Positions 61,156 to 64,000 of a stretch of 64,000 nucleotides of DNA are shown here, piece by piece. Under the pieces are notes generated by a model that was not told where the DNA came from, made no database searches, and saw only the letters and a program-made list of their open reading frames with translations. Location of the stretch: positions 13,144,001 through 13,208,000 of the forward strand of contig OZ316776.1 of assembly GCA_973851085.1 (NCBI GenBank), in the 5' to 3' direction. The position numbers and the translations under genes are program-made. Source of the DNA: Ptychomitrium polyphyllum. Its lineage: Eukaryota. Numbering within the stretch: position 1 is the stretch's first letter; each line of letters begins with the position of its first letter.

Positions 61156-64000
61156 TTTTATGCACCTAAAGTTTGAGACTCTTTAATCACATCTTAACAT
61201 TTGAAAGACTTCTTATAAATTCATAAAGATACATTTTAAAATTGCAATTTTCCTCCTTTTTGTGGCAAAAATTAATTCCAAAGTATGCAAAATCCTCATC
61301 TTTGAAAAGAATTTTACAAATAGCCTTATAAGGTTTATTTGTAAATTTCATTTTTTTAACTCAAAAAACAAATGAATGATCTATTGAAATATGTGTGCCA
61401 GTCAAGTAGGTAAAACTTTATGGCATTGAAGTATGTGCTCTAATTATAAAAATAAATGACATTATAATGTTCATTGTTTTACTTTTGATATACACTTAAT
61501 TTTTTTGGAATTATCAATTGTGTTTTTTAAATAATGTAGTTTTTATTTTGCATTTAAAAAAAAAAAAATCACTATATTTTCAACTTTTCATAATTTTTAA
61601 GAAACATATTGATTGTATGAAGTATTTAGTTTCATTTTTAAAATAGTCTATTTTTTTTTTTAAATTTAATAAAAATGTCAAAATAGATTATACAAATTAA
61701 TAGAAACTAAAGCTTGATTTTGTATAGAAAAAAACATAGGTTTTTTGGTTAAGTTGTCTATTAGCATTTTCTAGTAGCTAAAGAACCTCATTCTTACCTT
61801 GAAAAGCATGAAATCATTTATATTTAATAATGAGGCTATGTGGTAGTAAATGCATGAAAGTATGAATTTAATTTGATGTCTTGACAAATAAACTTCCTCA
61901 TTTTTTAGTAGAATAAGATTTTAATAGTAGAATATATTTTTGAGTGATGAAATTATTCCTTTAAAAGAAGATGTTTAAAAGGTCATTGGAAAATGTCATA
62001 TTAGCTTTTGTTGATGGACTTGTCAATTTTTTTTCTTAAATGTTCTAATTACAAAGCAAAATTGTCACTTCTTTGAAAAACATTTCATAGTCTTTTAAAG
62101 GTAAAGCTCATCAAACAGTTATTCTCTAAAATAATTTTTTCCTATGCAACTTTTTATTTTTTGAAAAACAACTTTTCCAAAAGTTTATAATCTATTTTAA
62201 GAATTAAGTAGTAATAAATATGCTTTATGAGTACAGTATACCAATGCAAAGCTTTGATCTGCTCAATCACATGGTGTACTCAGGTAAATTTAATCCTAGT
62301 GATTATTTGGTGCAACTAGCTCCAAGTTTCATCTTGCATCATGACTTTGTCACGTGTTGTGTTGCCATTCAAACTTCCCATACAAACAAGAAAGGGCTTC
62401 TGTTCCCAAAAGCTGTGCTTCCAAGTGCCAAGTGCCAAGTGCTACCCAGTTCTGGTTAAGGAAAATTTTCACAACTTCAAAATAAATCCATTAAGGTTTG
62501 TAATTCCAAGGAAATGTAATTTGTCTATCATATAGTTTTTTAAAAGATAATAATGGGCTTAGTACTTTTTAAAAGATTTAGGCTCAATCAAATATGAAAA
62601 GCCTTTCATAAACTATATAGGATACTATATTAGTTTGTTACTCTTTCACCACTTGTATAGCTTCTTTTCTTAATATTTTATCAACTAGATTATTAGGCTC
62701 AAACAAGGTTTCTTAGTGTTCACCTTCTAACAAGTTAATTTGACATATGGTTTTTAAGTTTGGGCTTCTAAACGTTATATAATTAATAAAAGGCATGACA
62801 TCATTTATTATTTTAAATTTCTTTATTATTACTTTGAACAACAAAACTTATCTTTATACAACCCACTTTTAAGCTTCCGTTCTCCAATTCCTTTTCTTCT
62901 TTTAAGAAGGTTCAGCTTTACAGCTACATAAATATATATATTATTCATAAAAATAGACTTCAATTATTTACCAAAAATGAATTTTTAATTATCAATTATC
63001 ATCATTACTTGTCTACAACAACATTATTATGTTTCCATTTATAACTTAAGTTTTTCCACACTTATTTTGTATGATTTCAATTTGTGTATTTTTCAAGTTA
63101 AAAATTTGTTTGCTTTTCAAGGTCAATCACTCATCTTCAAATAGGTTTATTCTTGATTTCAGTATATTTAATGCATATTCATTGTAATGACTTAAATTAT
63201 CTTCTTCCAACACTTGTTTTATTGCCTAGATGGAATATGGTTAAAACAAGCTATTTGTATTAAGTCATTATTATTATAATTTATGTAACATTCTTTGATG
63301 ATGTTGCTTTAATTAATATGTTTGCTTCAAAGTCAATTGACAAGAATTTGATGATCTTGAGTGTAATTAATAAAATTTATCTTTAGAAGTTAAATTATGC
63401 AAACAATTAGAAATGTTAAAGAAATGTTGTATTTTCAAAATTAGAAATGTATGCTAGATAGAATAAAAAACTTATTAAGTAAGTACAATTTTTTTAAATT
63501 TTATTTTTATTGAAATTAAATTAAATTAACATATTATATTAATAACCTTGTTGTTTGTAAGTTGGTGCAACACAATGAATGAATAAGTTGCTTTATCAAG
63601 TTTGCCAAATCACCTTAAAATAAAGTAGCTAAATTCTACAATTTTTAATTTTAAATGTTAATAACTTATGCATACAATGATCAGATTTTAGAATGTAATA
63701 GAATTATTTTTATCTTGTAGATATAATTGAATGAAGAAATTTGAAGGTTGTTTGTAATAACAAAGCTTAGTTGTCTAATTTAGTACAATAAGGATGATCA
63801 ATAGCAAGTAATTTGATTTTGGTTGCATAGTATCAAATGGTTGCAACCATGCGCCATTCACATCCCATGTATATATTTGATTCATGCATATTCCATAAAA
63901 TCCATTAGACTAAGTATTTGTACATGTCTGATAATTTCTTAAATAAAAGTGTATTCCACACGGAATAATATATTAGACTTTGCCTCACCTCCTTGCCACA

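Noticed and set aside
59750..64000. AT-rich terminal region with short ORFs
   Set aside because: Apart from the LTR relic at ~60.8-61.2 kb, no supportable feature.

Overview
Eukaryotic, intron-containing, mostly AT-rich plant DNA; gene content and retrotransposon types point to a moss/bryophyte nuclear genome (inference). Left part: 3' end of a YGGT/YlmG-family gene (1-167) and two minus-strand intronless DUF506 genes (4252-5649, 11535-12932). The two copies share a 1719-bp apparently identical tract but have diverged or unrelated flanks, and a decayed inverted repeat lies between them. About 14-30 kb is AT-rich decayed DNA with a few minisatellites. 32364-36570 (-) is an 8-coding-exon gene for a 471-aa phosphoglycerate kinase with strongly non-canonical motifs (HGT candidate). 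38052-59746 is one old Ty1/Copia element (TSD CCAAC) holding a multilayer nest: (i) a minus-strand Tcn1-like chromovirus (TSD CAAAG) whose LTRs carry heat-shock-element-like arrays, (ii) a solo LTR of that family, (iii) two near-identical inverted 1.26-kb arms of a second, Galadriel-like chromovirus family flanking a near-complete but TSD-less copy of it, and (iv) another solo LTR (TSD ACAGG). The most notable signals are the divergent PGK, two cases of sharply bounded sequence homogenisation (gene conversion or assembly artefact), and the HSE-like LTR arrays. All alignments were made by eye; no searches were run.
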